Below are positions 10,645 to 18,479 of a DNA stretch of 64,000 nucleotides, one piece after another. The stretch is from NCBI GenBank assembly GCA_963770565.1, contig CAVYQE010000002.1:768001-832000 (forward strand). Reading direction: 5' to 3'. Both the position numbers and the translations under genes were made by a program. The DNA is from an uncultured Actinomycetota bacterium. Lineage in GTDB: Bacteria; Actinomycetota; Actinomycetes; JAFAQI01. How positions within the stretch are numbered: position 1 is the first letter of the stretch; each line of letters begins with the position of its first letter. A model generated the notes under the pieces. The model made no database searches and was not told where the DNA came from. It saw nothing but the letters and a program-made list of their open reading frames with translations.

Positions 10645-10755
10645 GCCATGCTGTCGGACGGAGCAGGCGCGTCCGCCGGCCGGGACGCCCGGTTGAGCCC
10701 GTGACCGCGGCGGCTTGTCTACCCTGAGGAGACCACGCCGTCGAGAGGAGGGTTC

Positions 10756-11004
10756 GTGCCCAAGTCACGAGTTCGCGCGAAGGCGGCCTACACCCCGCCG
10801 CCGACCAGATCGGCCAAGAAGCGGATCAGCCCGCCATGGGTCGCCCCGCTGATGCTGGGTTGCTTCCTGATCGGGATCATCTGGCTCGTTCTGTTCTACG
10901 TGACCGGGGGAAGCCTCCCGATCAAGTCGATCACCAACTGGAACCTGCTGGTGGGGTTCGCCTTCATCATCGCCGGCTTCGTCACCTCGACCCAGTGGCG
11001 CTAG
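10756..11004 (+). CDS. crgA: Cell division protein CrgA
   Basis: MPKSRVR...SPPWV, two TMs, WN...GF...TQWR ending; GAGAGGAGG RBS. Confidence 0.93.
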   Translation: MPKSRVRAKAAYTPPPTRSAKKRISPPWVAPLMLGCFLIGIIWLVLFYVTGGSLPIKSITNWNLLVGFAFIIAGFVTSTQWR

Positions 11005-11046
11005 TCGCGCTGCCTCACGACATCCGCGTAGTCACACCGCTGTCAT

Positions 11047-11078
11047 TTGCCCACAGCGGTTATCCACACTGGGGATAG
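11047..11078. promoter_or_regulatory. DnaA-box cluster downstream of crgA
   Basis: TTGCCCACA 11047-11055, perfect TTATCCACA 11060-11068, inverted CTATCCCCA 11070-11078. Confidence 0.65.
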
Positions 11079-11088
11079 AGGCTCCGCC

Positions 11089-11331
11089 GTGCCGGTCTAC
11101 CTGTTCAGGTGCACGTCCTGCGAGGCCGAAAGCGAGCATCTGCTCCCGCTCGGCGAGACCGGCGACCGGCCCTGTGAGCACTGTGGAGCGCCGGCCAAGC
11201 ACCGATTTGCCCGGATCGCGGTGAAATACAACGACTGGGGCTTCGGCGCGACCGACCGGCTGGTCGCCGACAGCCGCGGCAAGGACTTCAAGCAGCTGCG
11301 CGAGACCGCGGAGAAGATCTCCGACGAGTAG
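11089..11331 (+). CDS. FmdB-family zinc-ribbon protein
   Basis: (M)PVYLFRCTSC...PCEHCG...GF.ATD pattern; GTG at 11089. Confidence 0.8.
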   Translation: MPVYLFRCTSCEAESEHLLPLGETGDRPCEHCGAPAKHRFARIAVKYNDWGFGATDRLVADSRGKDFKQLRETAEKISDE

Positions 11332-11384
11332 GTGGGCCTGATCCTGATCGCGGGCGCGACGGGCGGCCCGGATACGGTCGCCGA

Positions 11385-12422
11385 GTGGCACGGGCGCTCA
11401 TTCTCGGCGGCACCGGCGCGATTGGCCGGGCCACCGCCGATCGCCTGAATGCCGCCGGCTGGGACGTCACAATCACCGGGCGCAACCCTTCGGCCATGCC
11501 GGGCTCGCTCGCTGCCCGCGGGGTCGGCTTCGTTCAGTCCGACCGGCAGGAGCCCGCCGGGCTGCTCGCTCCGCTGGGCCCGGCCCCCGACCTCCTGGTC
11601 GACCTGGTCTGCTACACCGCCGCCGACGCGGAGGCGATCCTCCCGTTCGCCCGAGCCGCAGGCTCGACCGTCCTGATGTCAAGCAAGGCGGTGTACGTCG
11701 ACAACGCGGGCAGGTCGCTCAACGCCGACGTCGAGCCGGTCTTCGACGGCCCGATCAGCGAGGCCCAGCCGACCCTCGCTGCGCGCAGCGACATCCACTA
11801 CGACACCCGCGAGGGGTACGGACCCAACAAGGTCGCGGCCGAGCAGGCCTACCTCGGCAGCGGCATCCCGGTCACCGTGCTGAGGCCGTCAAAGGTGCAC
11901 GGCCCGGGGGCGCGGCGGGCGCGGGAGTGGATGTTCGTCAAGCGGGTGCTCGACCGCCGGCCGGCGGTCTTCCTCAGCAACCGCGGAACCGGGATCGACC
12001 ACACCAGCGCGGCCGCCAACATCGCCGCCCTGATCGAGCTGGTGGCCGCGGTGCCTGCGGCACGGATCCTCAACAGCGCCGACCCCGACGCCCCGACCGC
12101 GCTGGAGATCACCCGCGCGATCGCGGGCCATCTGGGGCACGCCTGGGAGGAGATTCTGGTCGACGGCGACGCGTTCGGCGCCAACCCCTGGCAGCGCGAC
12201 CATCCGATCGTCCTGGACATGCAGGCGGCACTGGCGCTCGGTTACGCGCCGGCCGGCGACTACGCGACCACAGTGGCCACCGAGGTGGACTGGCTGGTCA
12301 GCGCGGCGAACGGTGGTGCGGACGCGGACCTGGTGCCGACGATGGCTGATCCGTTCTTCGGCGAGCTGCTGTCGTACGACGCCGAAGACGCCTACCTGGC
12401 CGCTCGCGCCAAGGGCGCCTGA
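11385..12422 (+). CDS. NAD-dependent epimerase/dehydratase family protein
   Basis: LILGGTGAIG Rossmann motif, SSKAVY, YGPNK, LRPSKVHGP. Confidence 0.85.
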   Translation: MARALILGGTGAIGRATADRLNAAGWDVTITGRNPSAMPGSLAARGVGFVQSDRQEPAGLLAPLGPAPDLLVDLVCYTAADAEAILPFARAAGSTVLMSSKAVYVDNAGRSLNADVEPVFDGPISEAQPTLAARSDIHYDTREGYGPNKVAAEQAYLGSGIPVTVLRPSKVHGPGARRAREWMFVKRVLDRRPAVFLSNRGTGIDHTSAAANIAALIELVAAVPAARILNSADPDAPTALEITRAIAGHLGHAWEEILVDGDAFGANPWQRDHPIVLDMQAALALGYAPAGDYATTVATEVDWLVSAANGGADADLVPTMADPFFGELLSYDAEDAYLAARAKGA

Positions 12423-12423
12423 G

Positions 12424-13566
12424 TCAGAGCAGCTCGAGGATGGTCGCGTTCGCCATCCCGCCGCCCTCACACATCGACTGCAGGCCGTACTGAATGCCGT
12501 TGTCGACCATGTGGTGCACCAGTCGAGTCATCAGGATTGCGCCGGAGCCGCCCAGCGGGTGACCGATCGCGATCGCGCCGCCAAGCGGGTTGAGCGCCTT
12601 CGGGTCGGCGCCGGTCTCGGCGAGCCAGGCCATCGGCACCGGAGCGAACGCCTCGTTGATCTCGTATGCGCCGATGTCGGCGATTGTCAGCCCGGCCCGG
12701 GCGAGCACCTTTGCGGTGGCTGGGATCGGGCCGGTGAGCATGATCACCGGGTCGTCACCGACGACCGAGAAGCTGTGCAGCCGGACCAGCGGCTTGAGGC
12801 CGAGCTTGCGGGCCTTCTCGCTGGTCGTGATCAGCAGCGCGCCCGAGCCGTCGGAGATCTGCGAGGAGTTGCCGGCGGTGATGACGCCGTCCTCGGCGAA
12901 CGCCGGCTTGAGCCCACCGAGCCTCTCGAGGCTGGTGTCGCGCCGCACGCCCTCGTCGGCCTCGAGCCCGGTGCCGGGTACGACGGCGTACTGCTTGGCG
13001 AAGGCGCCCGAGTCGATCGCGGCCGCGGCCTTCTCGTGCGACCGAAGCGAGAACTCGTCGACCTGGCTTCGTGAAAGGCCCCACCGCTTGACGATCATCT
13101 CGGCGCCGAGCCCCTGGTTGATCTGCTGCCCCTCGTAGCGGGCCAGCATCCGCGGGCCGAACGGGAAGCCGACGTCCTTGCCGACCGAGGAGCCCATCGG
13201 CACCCGGGTCATCGCCTCGACGCCGCCCGCGACGGCCACGTCGTACTGGCCGGAGATCACCCCGGCCGCCGCGAAGTGCACCGCCTGCTGGCTCGAGCCG
13301 CACTGGCGGTCGACCGTGGTGCCGGGCACCGACTCGGGCCAACCCGCGCCGAGGACGGCGTTGCGACCGACGTTGAAGGCCTGCTCGCCGACCTGGCCGA
13401 CGGTGCCCCAGATCACGTCGTCGACGACCGCCGGGTCGATGCCGGAGCGCTCCGCGAGCGCCTCCAGCACGTGTGCCGACAGGTCGACCGGGTGGGTGTC
13501 CTTGTAGGCGCCGTTCCGCCGCCCCACCGGGGTCCGAACCGCTTCGACGATCACCGCATCACGCAT
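12424..13566 (-). CDS. Thiolase (acetyl-CoA acyltransferase)
   Basis: DRQCGSS, EINEAFA, GAIAIGHPLG, MCEGGG. Confidence 0.93.
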   Translation of the reverse strand: MRDAVIVEAVRTPVGRRNGAYKDTHPVDLSAHVLEALAERSGIDPAVVDDVIWGTVGQVGEQAFNVGRNAVLGAGWPESVPGTTVDRQCGSSQQAVHFAAAGVISGQYDVAVAGGVEAMTRVPMGSSVGKDVGFPFGPRMLARYEGQQINQGLGAEMIVKRWGLSRSQVDEFSLRSHEKAAAAIDSGAFAKQYAVVPGTGLEADEGVRRDTSLERLGGLKPAFAEDGVITAGNSSQISDGSGALLITTSEKARKLGLKPLVRLHSFSVVGDDPVIMLTGPIPATAKVLARAGLTIADIGAYEINEAFAPVPMAWLAETGADPKALNPLGGAIAIGHPLGGSGAILMTRLVHHMVDNGIQYGLQSMCEGGGMANATILELL

Positions 13567-13656
13567 GGATCCACCCTCCGGTTGTCCGCGCCAAGACTCG
13601 ACTGTGAGTATGAACCGAATCTCGTTCTGTCGTGTTCCCGCCCCAGGCGGAACCGG

Positions 13657-14610
13657 CTACGTGCCGGTCGAGGGTGCCGGGAAGCTACACGTGGCGGGTA
13701 CGCCGTGCACGGTGGTCAGGATCGGGCACTTGTCGTAGGTGTGATGCGCCCCGATGAAGCCGCCGGCGGCGAGCAGGATCGCGACCCCGGCCACGCCCAT
13801 GGCCTGGATCTGCGAACGCCGGGGGCCCTGTGGCGCACGCGAGATGATCAGCGCGACCACCGACCCGGTGACCAGTCCGCCCACGTGCGCCCGCCAGTCG
13901 ATGTTCGGGATTGCGAACGTGAACACCAGATTCGCGACGATCGTGATCGCGATCCCGTTGGTTTGCAGGTTCAGGTGCCGCGCCACGATGTAGAGCGCCC
14001 CGAACAAGCCGAAGATCGCGCCGGAAGCACCTGCGGCCTGCTCGTTGAGCGGCCCGAGCGCCATCGACAGCAGGCCCCCACCGATACCGGCGAGCACGTA
14101 CAGCGTGACGAAGCGCAGCCGGCCGAGCACCATTTCCAGCTGCGGCCCGACCAGGAACAGCGCGTACATGTTGAAGGCGATGTGCAGGAAGCCGTAGTGC
14201 AGAAAGGCTGCGGTGATCAGCCGGTACCACTGGCCGTGGGCAACATCGATCGGAATCAGGGCGAACCGGTCGTAGACCGTCGAGCTGCCCGTGCTGCCGG
14301 TGAAGACATTGGCGCCGCTGCTCGCGGTGATGATGAAGACGATCACGTTGATCGCGATCAACGTCCGGGTGACCAGGCCCGGCGCGGTTCCCGGCCGGAC
14401 CTTGCCGCCGTAAATCGTGCGGGCCTCCCGGACCGTACGACGGCCCTCGGAGACGCATTCCGGGCACTGGAAGCCGACCGAGGCCGCCGTCATGCAGCGC
14501 GGGCAGATCGGACGGTCGCAGCGGGTGCACCGCACCCCGGCGAACTCGCCGGGATGGCGATAGCAGTGCTGGTCGACATCCGTCGCCGGATCGTCGCTTT
14601 GCGACGTCAC
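13657..14610 (-). CDS. Rhomboid intramembrane serine protease with N-terminal zinc finger
   Basis: CYRHP...CTRCDRPIC; WYRLITAAFLH, HIAFNM, GASGA, AHVGG. Confidence 0.92.
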   Translation of the reverse strand: MTSQSDDPATDVDQHCYRHPGEFAGVRCTRCDRPICPRCMTAASVGFQCPECVSEGRRTVREARTIYGGKVRPGTAPGLVTRTLIAINVIVFIITASSGANVFTGSTGSSTVYDRFALIPIDVAHGQWYRLITAAFLHYGFLHIAFNMYALFLVGPQLEMVLGRLRFVTLYVLAGIGGGLLSMALGPLNEQAAGASGAIFGLFGALYIVARHLNLQTNGIAITIVANLVFTFAIPNIDWRAHVGGLVTGSVVALIISRAPQGPRRSQIQAMGVAGVAILLAAGGFIGAHHTYDKCPILTTVHGVPATCSFPAPSTGT

Positions 14611-14611
14611 G

Positions 14612-15142
14612 TCAGCTGTTCAGCCGTTCGATGGTGACCTTCGTGATGACGACATCGTTCAGCGGTCGATCCATCTTGCCGGTCGGCAGCGCGGCGATCC
14701 GGTCGACGACCGCGCGGCTCTCGTCATCGGCAACCTCGCCGAAGATCGTGTGCTTGCGGTCCAGCCAGGTGGTCGGGGCGACCGTGATGAAGAACTGCGA
14801 GCCGTTGGTGCCGGGCCCGGCGTTGGCCATCGCGAGCAGATAGGGCTTGTTGAAGCTGAGCTCCGGGTGGAACTCGTCGTTGAATCGGTATCCCGGGCCG
14901 CCGGTGCCGGTGCCTAGTGGATCGCCGCCCTGGAGCATGAACCCGCTGATCACCCGGTGGAAGATCGTCCCGTCGTACAGCGGGGAGGCCGCTCGGGTGC
15001 CGGTCCGCGGATCGGTCCATTCCCGGGTGCCCTCGGCCAACTCGACGAAGTTGGCCACCGTCTTCGGCGCGTGGTTCGGGAACAGGTGCACCCGGATATC
15101 GCCCTCGGTCGTGGTCAAAGTGGCAAACAGTTCTTCGGCCAC
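14612..15142 (-). CDS. ppiA: Cyclophilin peptidyl-prolyl isomerase PpiA
   Basis: FHRVISGFMLQGGDP, MANAGPGTNGSQFFIT, HTIFG; GTG at 15142 with AAGGAG RBS. Confidence 0.93.
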   Translation of the reverse strand: MAEELFATLTTTEGDIRVHLFPNHAPKTVANFVELAEGTREWTDPRTGTRAASPLYDGTIFHRVISGFMLQGGDPLGTGTGGPGYRFNDEFHPELSFNKPYLLAMANAGPGTNGSQFFITVAPTTWLDRKHTIFGEVADDESRAVVDRIAALPTGKMDRPLNDVVITKVTIERLNS

Positions 15143-15340
15143 GGTGCTCCTTTGGTTGCTGAGGCGGTGGTGAACCACCTTGATCGATGGTTCAAACATT
15201 TTTGCACGGCCTCGCGTGCGCACGAGGAAACAACCAACATTGGATTACTGCACGGCGGCGCGCTCAGGTCGCTTGCCGACACACCTGCGCGGCCAACCTA
15301 CGGCACCCTGATCTAGGCCGCTGACCGGCAACTTCGGTTT

Positions 15341-15388
15341 GTGGAGACGAGGGGAATCGAACCCCTAACCTCCGCCTTGCAAAGGCGG
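15341..15388 (-). repeat. att core: displaced 3' half of tRNA-Ala(TGC)
   Basis: GTGGAGACGAGGGGAATCGAACCCCTAACCTCCGCCTTGCAAAGGCGG identical to 24486-24533. Confidence 0.95.
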
Positions 15389-15468
15389 TGCGACTCGAAA
15401 ATCGCGGACGGTAAAACCGCAGGTCGTGCCCACAATTTGAGCGGCTTCAAGATCACGAGAATCGCCCG

Positions 15469-15488
15469 CGTGCCACGCCTGTGCCACA
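15469..15488 (+). repeat. Putative integrase arm-type sites (GTGCCAC x2)
   Basis: CGTGCCAC 15469-15476 and TGTGCCACA 15480-15488 match the repeats at 24349-24387. Confidence 0.7.
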
Positions 15489-15576
15489 TCGTCACGGGCA
15501 ACAACGGCAATCCGAGGGGCCCAACGGTCGTCCCCAGCCTGCCTCGGCTCGCCATCGCCGAAGGAGCCGAGTGACT

Positions 15577-15620
15577 GCTTCCCAAGCTGACAGTGCGGGT
15601 TCGATTCCCGTCGCCCGCTC
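15577..15620 (+). pseudogene. 3' half of a tRNA-Gly(CCC) (att-core-like fragment)
   Basis: GCTTCCCAAGCTGACAGTGCGGGTTCGATTCCCGTCGCCCGCTC: CCC anticodon loop, T-arm GCGGG-TTCGATT-CCCGT, acceptor 3' strand; no 5' half upstream. Confidence 0.85.
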
Positions 15621-15714
15621 TCCTCTTCTACCAGGTAAAACCGCAGGTCAGGCCGTTTTCCGGCTCCGAAAACCTCGACAAGCTTGACCGCGAATACCCG
15701 TGATTTACCGGGTT

Positions 15715-15745
15715 GGGCCACAAGATGTGGCCCAGATGTGGCCCA
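15715..15745. repeat. TGTGGCCCA repeats (second arm-type set)
   Basis: TGGGCCACAAGATGTGGCCCAGATGTGGCCCA: one inverted and two direct copies. Confidence 0.65.
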
Positions 15746-15880
15746 ATGATCTTGGTCTCACGTCGATGGACCGCGCGCCGAGAAAGTGGGCGCCGCCGAC
15801 CCCCGTCGCCCCGCAAGCACGGGCGCCGCACTCGTCACACAAGCCGGACCCGAAATCGGGATCCGCATCGTCGCAGTCGG

Positions 15881-16975
15881 TCAGGTCTCGCTGATCAACA
15901 CGCGCTCGTGGGTGTGGTCTGTGACCAGCACGATCTCGCGATCCCATCCGGTCACGACCTTGCCTCGAGTGAGGATTAGGCCTCCGAGTCCGGAGAGTCC
16001 ACCGGTGTCGAAGGGACCCTTCGCAGTCCGAAGAGTGTTGTGCCGCGAGAGTGTGAACAGTTCATGGTGTTGGCATGGCGTACTCGTTGACAGCCAGGCA
16101 AGCGAATTGCCCATCACACCGACCACGCCGTCACAACGCGGCCGTGTCGCGATGATCAGATGCCCTCCGGTGGTGAAGAGGCGCAGAAAACGGTGCACGG
16201 TCCTTCCCTCGACCGAGCACGCGATGTATTTCGTGGTCACGTTCGGGCAAGAGGTGACATGGGACCGGTTGACGGGAACGAATCGACGAAAGACGCCAGG
16301 TCGCTCGAACTTCATAACGACAGCGGACCCGTTGTTGTTGCCCTCGATATCGTTGTACACGACGAGCGCGGTTGAACTGGTGCGGAGCGTCAGGATGTGG
16401 CTGCCGCGGCCAGCTGGCTCGGGCGCGCCGAGGTTCGTCGACTTGCCCTTGGTCGTCTGCAGGTAGAGGAGATCGGGCTTGTCGGTCTCATGCTTCTGGA
16501 TAATCCAACCGTTCGGTGCCGCGGCAACCAGGTCCGTAGTGTTGCTGGTCCCGCCGCCGGCCAGTGATGGCTTGTCAGCGACGCGTCCATGAGCCCCAGT
16601 GTGTAGGTTTCGCCACGACAATGTCCCCGGCGTGTCGCCAGCTCCGAAGTAGATTGCCATCGCGCCAGCCAGATAGGCCCAAGACGTCGCCACATGGCTG
16701 CGCGTTGTGAGCAGATGCGGTTCGCCGTGCGCGGTCCGATAGTAGATCCCGCCAGTTCGTGCGGGCCTTCCGTCGGCCTTCTCCGCAGCGCGGGCGTATA
16801 TCAGGTAGCGCGCCGACGCAGCCAAAGGCATCACCATGTGGTGCGGGGTCTTCGTTGCCAAGTGCTGCGTGCTAACGCGCAAGTTGCTCGATGCCGCCCA
16901 CCCGGAGGTAGCGACGGGTGCCACGAGCAGCCCCGATGCGGCGAGCGTCGCGCCCAAACCTGTCGACCAATTCAT
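15881..16975 (-). CDS. Secreted hypothetical protein (cargo)
   Basis: Likely start MNWSTGLGATLAASGLLVAPVATSGWAA (signal peptide) at 16975; beta-rich, basic, several Cys; non-host codon usage. Confidence 0.65.
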   Translation of the reverse strand: MNWSTGLGATLAASGLLVAPVATSGWAASSNLRVSTQHLATKTPHHMVMPLAASARYLIYARAAEKADGRPARTGGIYYRTAHGEPHLLTTRSHVATSWAYLAGAMAIYFGAGDTPGTLSWRNLHTGAHGRVADKPSLAGGGTSNTTDLVAAAPNGWIIQKHETDKPDLLYLQTTKGKSTNLGAPEPAGRGSHILTLRTSSTALVVYNDIEGNNNGSAVVMKFERPGVFRRFVPVNRSHVTSCPNVTTKYIACSVEGRTVHRFLRLFTTGGHLIIATRPRCDGVVGVMGNSLAWLSTSTPCQHHELFTLSRHNTLRTAKGPFDTGGLSGLGGLILTRGKVVTGWDREIVLVTDHTHERVLISET

Positions 16976-17489
16976 ACTTCCCCAACGTACGCTGCGGTGC
17001 GGCCGTTGACACGCCCAGTAGAAGATCTGCCAATGCTTCGATGCCGATCTCAGTTCGTGAGGGCGGCGCGTCGGCGTCAGGTTCGTTCCGGGAGTAGGTC
17101 GTCGGAACCGCCCGGACCCCTGGCTCGAGAGTCTGACGCCTTGCGCCGGGGGTCGCCCGGGGGCCAAGGCGCCTGATGACAACGCCGGCTCAACGCGCGT
17201 AACGTACTCACTTCGGGACAGGCTTGGACGGGTCATGCGACGCCGGAGGAACGCGAATCGCACAGCACTTACCTTCGTGGCCTTCGAGTGGGCCGGTCCG
17301 GGACTGATGCCCGAGGTCGATGTGATCGACGTTGAGACGACGCCCAATCCCGCCGCTCCGGCTAGAAATGCACCCCGTGATGCGCGGGTTTCCGATGTGG
17401 TTGGCCGCCGTTGCCCACATCGGGTGCGAACGCTCCCTGTCCGATTCATCGCGATTATCCGCCCTTTCCGATTTCGACTGGAGCAAGTC

Positions 17490-18401
17490 ATGACGGTGCC
17501 ATCTGGAGCAGCTCTGATCGATGTAGCAAACTCGAGCGCTCTCATCCAGACCAACATTTCAGTTTATACGGCTAATCGAAATCCACAGTCACTCGTCATA
17601 TCCCCATACAACGGCGACCTATACATGATGCAGGTCGATGAGAGCAACAACCACGGCGACATCACACTTAACCGATACATCAAGAGTTCGGGGCAATGGA
17701 CGTTCAATGCATTCATGCACCTTCACGAATTTGGTCATGGTGTCGTGTTCGGCATCTGGTACAAGACGTCCACATCGACCCAGCACTTTTTCTCCGAAGC
17801 CGAAGCCGGTTCGAACGGTCGAGGTCAGAAACTGACAAACTTCATATATTCAGCCGGTGAACAGCTGGATAATACCGGAATAGACACCTACGACCCGGGG
17901 CTTGGCAGCGACTATTCATGCGTCGTCGACCCGACGAACACTTACATCGCGGTTCGATACAAGACCAGTGACGGCACGTGGCACTATCAGGCGTACTACG
18001 TGGCCGACTTCATGGATGCAAACTACAGTTCGCCGCTCGTCGGTTCAGGCGGTCTGGACGAGGTCCCAGACGACGACAGCGCCGGTACCGGCGGTGACAT
18101 TTCATTCCAAGGATGGACCGTGGTTGGCCATTACCTTTATACCATTTCACAGACAAACACAGCAACGCCCGACTATCCGGTAAACACGGTTCGAATTAGA
18201 TCGTACGACATGAACCATTCGCAAAACGGATCGGGCGGATATATCAAGCTTGCCCATCACGGTCACCCATCCCCCGGCGACAGCAATCCGGAGTGGGAGG
18301 GCATCACCTACGGGGATTCCGACTATGCGCTCTACTACATGCTCCGCACAGTCACGAGCGGTGTTCATTACTTTAATCTTCACGCCATCCAACACAACTG
18401 A
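17490..18401 (+). CDS. TagC-like / phage receptor-binding-type beta-propeller protein (cargo)
   Basis: QS..., GDITLNR, MHLHEFGHG..FG, FQGWTVVGHYLY, PEWEGIT motifs recalled from TagC/phage baseplate propellers; GGAG RBS before ATG 17490; low GC. Confidence 0.65.
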   Translation: MTVPSGAALIDVANSSALIQTNISVYTANRNPQSLVISPYNGDLYMMQVDESNNHGDITLNRYIKSSGQWTFNAFMHLHEFGHGVVFGIWYKTSTSTQHFFSEAEAGSNGRGQKLTNFIYSAGEQLDNTGIDTYDPGLGSDYSCVVDPTNTYIAVRYKTSDGTWHYQAYYVADFMDANYSSPLVGSGGLDEVPDDDSAGTGGDISFQGWTVVGHYLYTISQTNTATPDYPVNTVRIRSYDMNHSQNGSGGYIKLAHHGHPSPGDSNPEWEGITYGDSDYALYYMLRTVTSGVHYFNLHAIQHN

Positions 18402-18479
18402 ACTCAATTTCGTTTCGCAACCGTCCGCACGAGATACCGATTAGCCAGGCACGGTTCAATTCTTATGGTCGGCCTCGCC

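Noticed and set aside
15171-15227. Small inverted repeats upstream of ppiA (TGAACCA/TGGTTCA; CCTCG/CGAGG)
   Set aside because: Short; cannot be distinguished from chance or ordinary promoter elements
15705-15947. Short Cys-containing ORF (LCDECGARAC)
   Set aside because: Overlaps arm repeats and the cargo gene end; no clear start; at most a remnant
16976-17557. Long N-terminal extensions of the two cargo ORFs overlapping head-to-head
   Set aside because: Better starts at 16975 (signal peptide) and 17490 (RBS); extensions look non-coding
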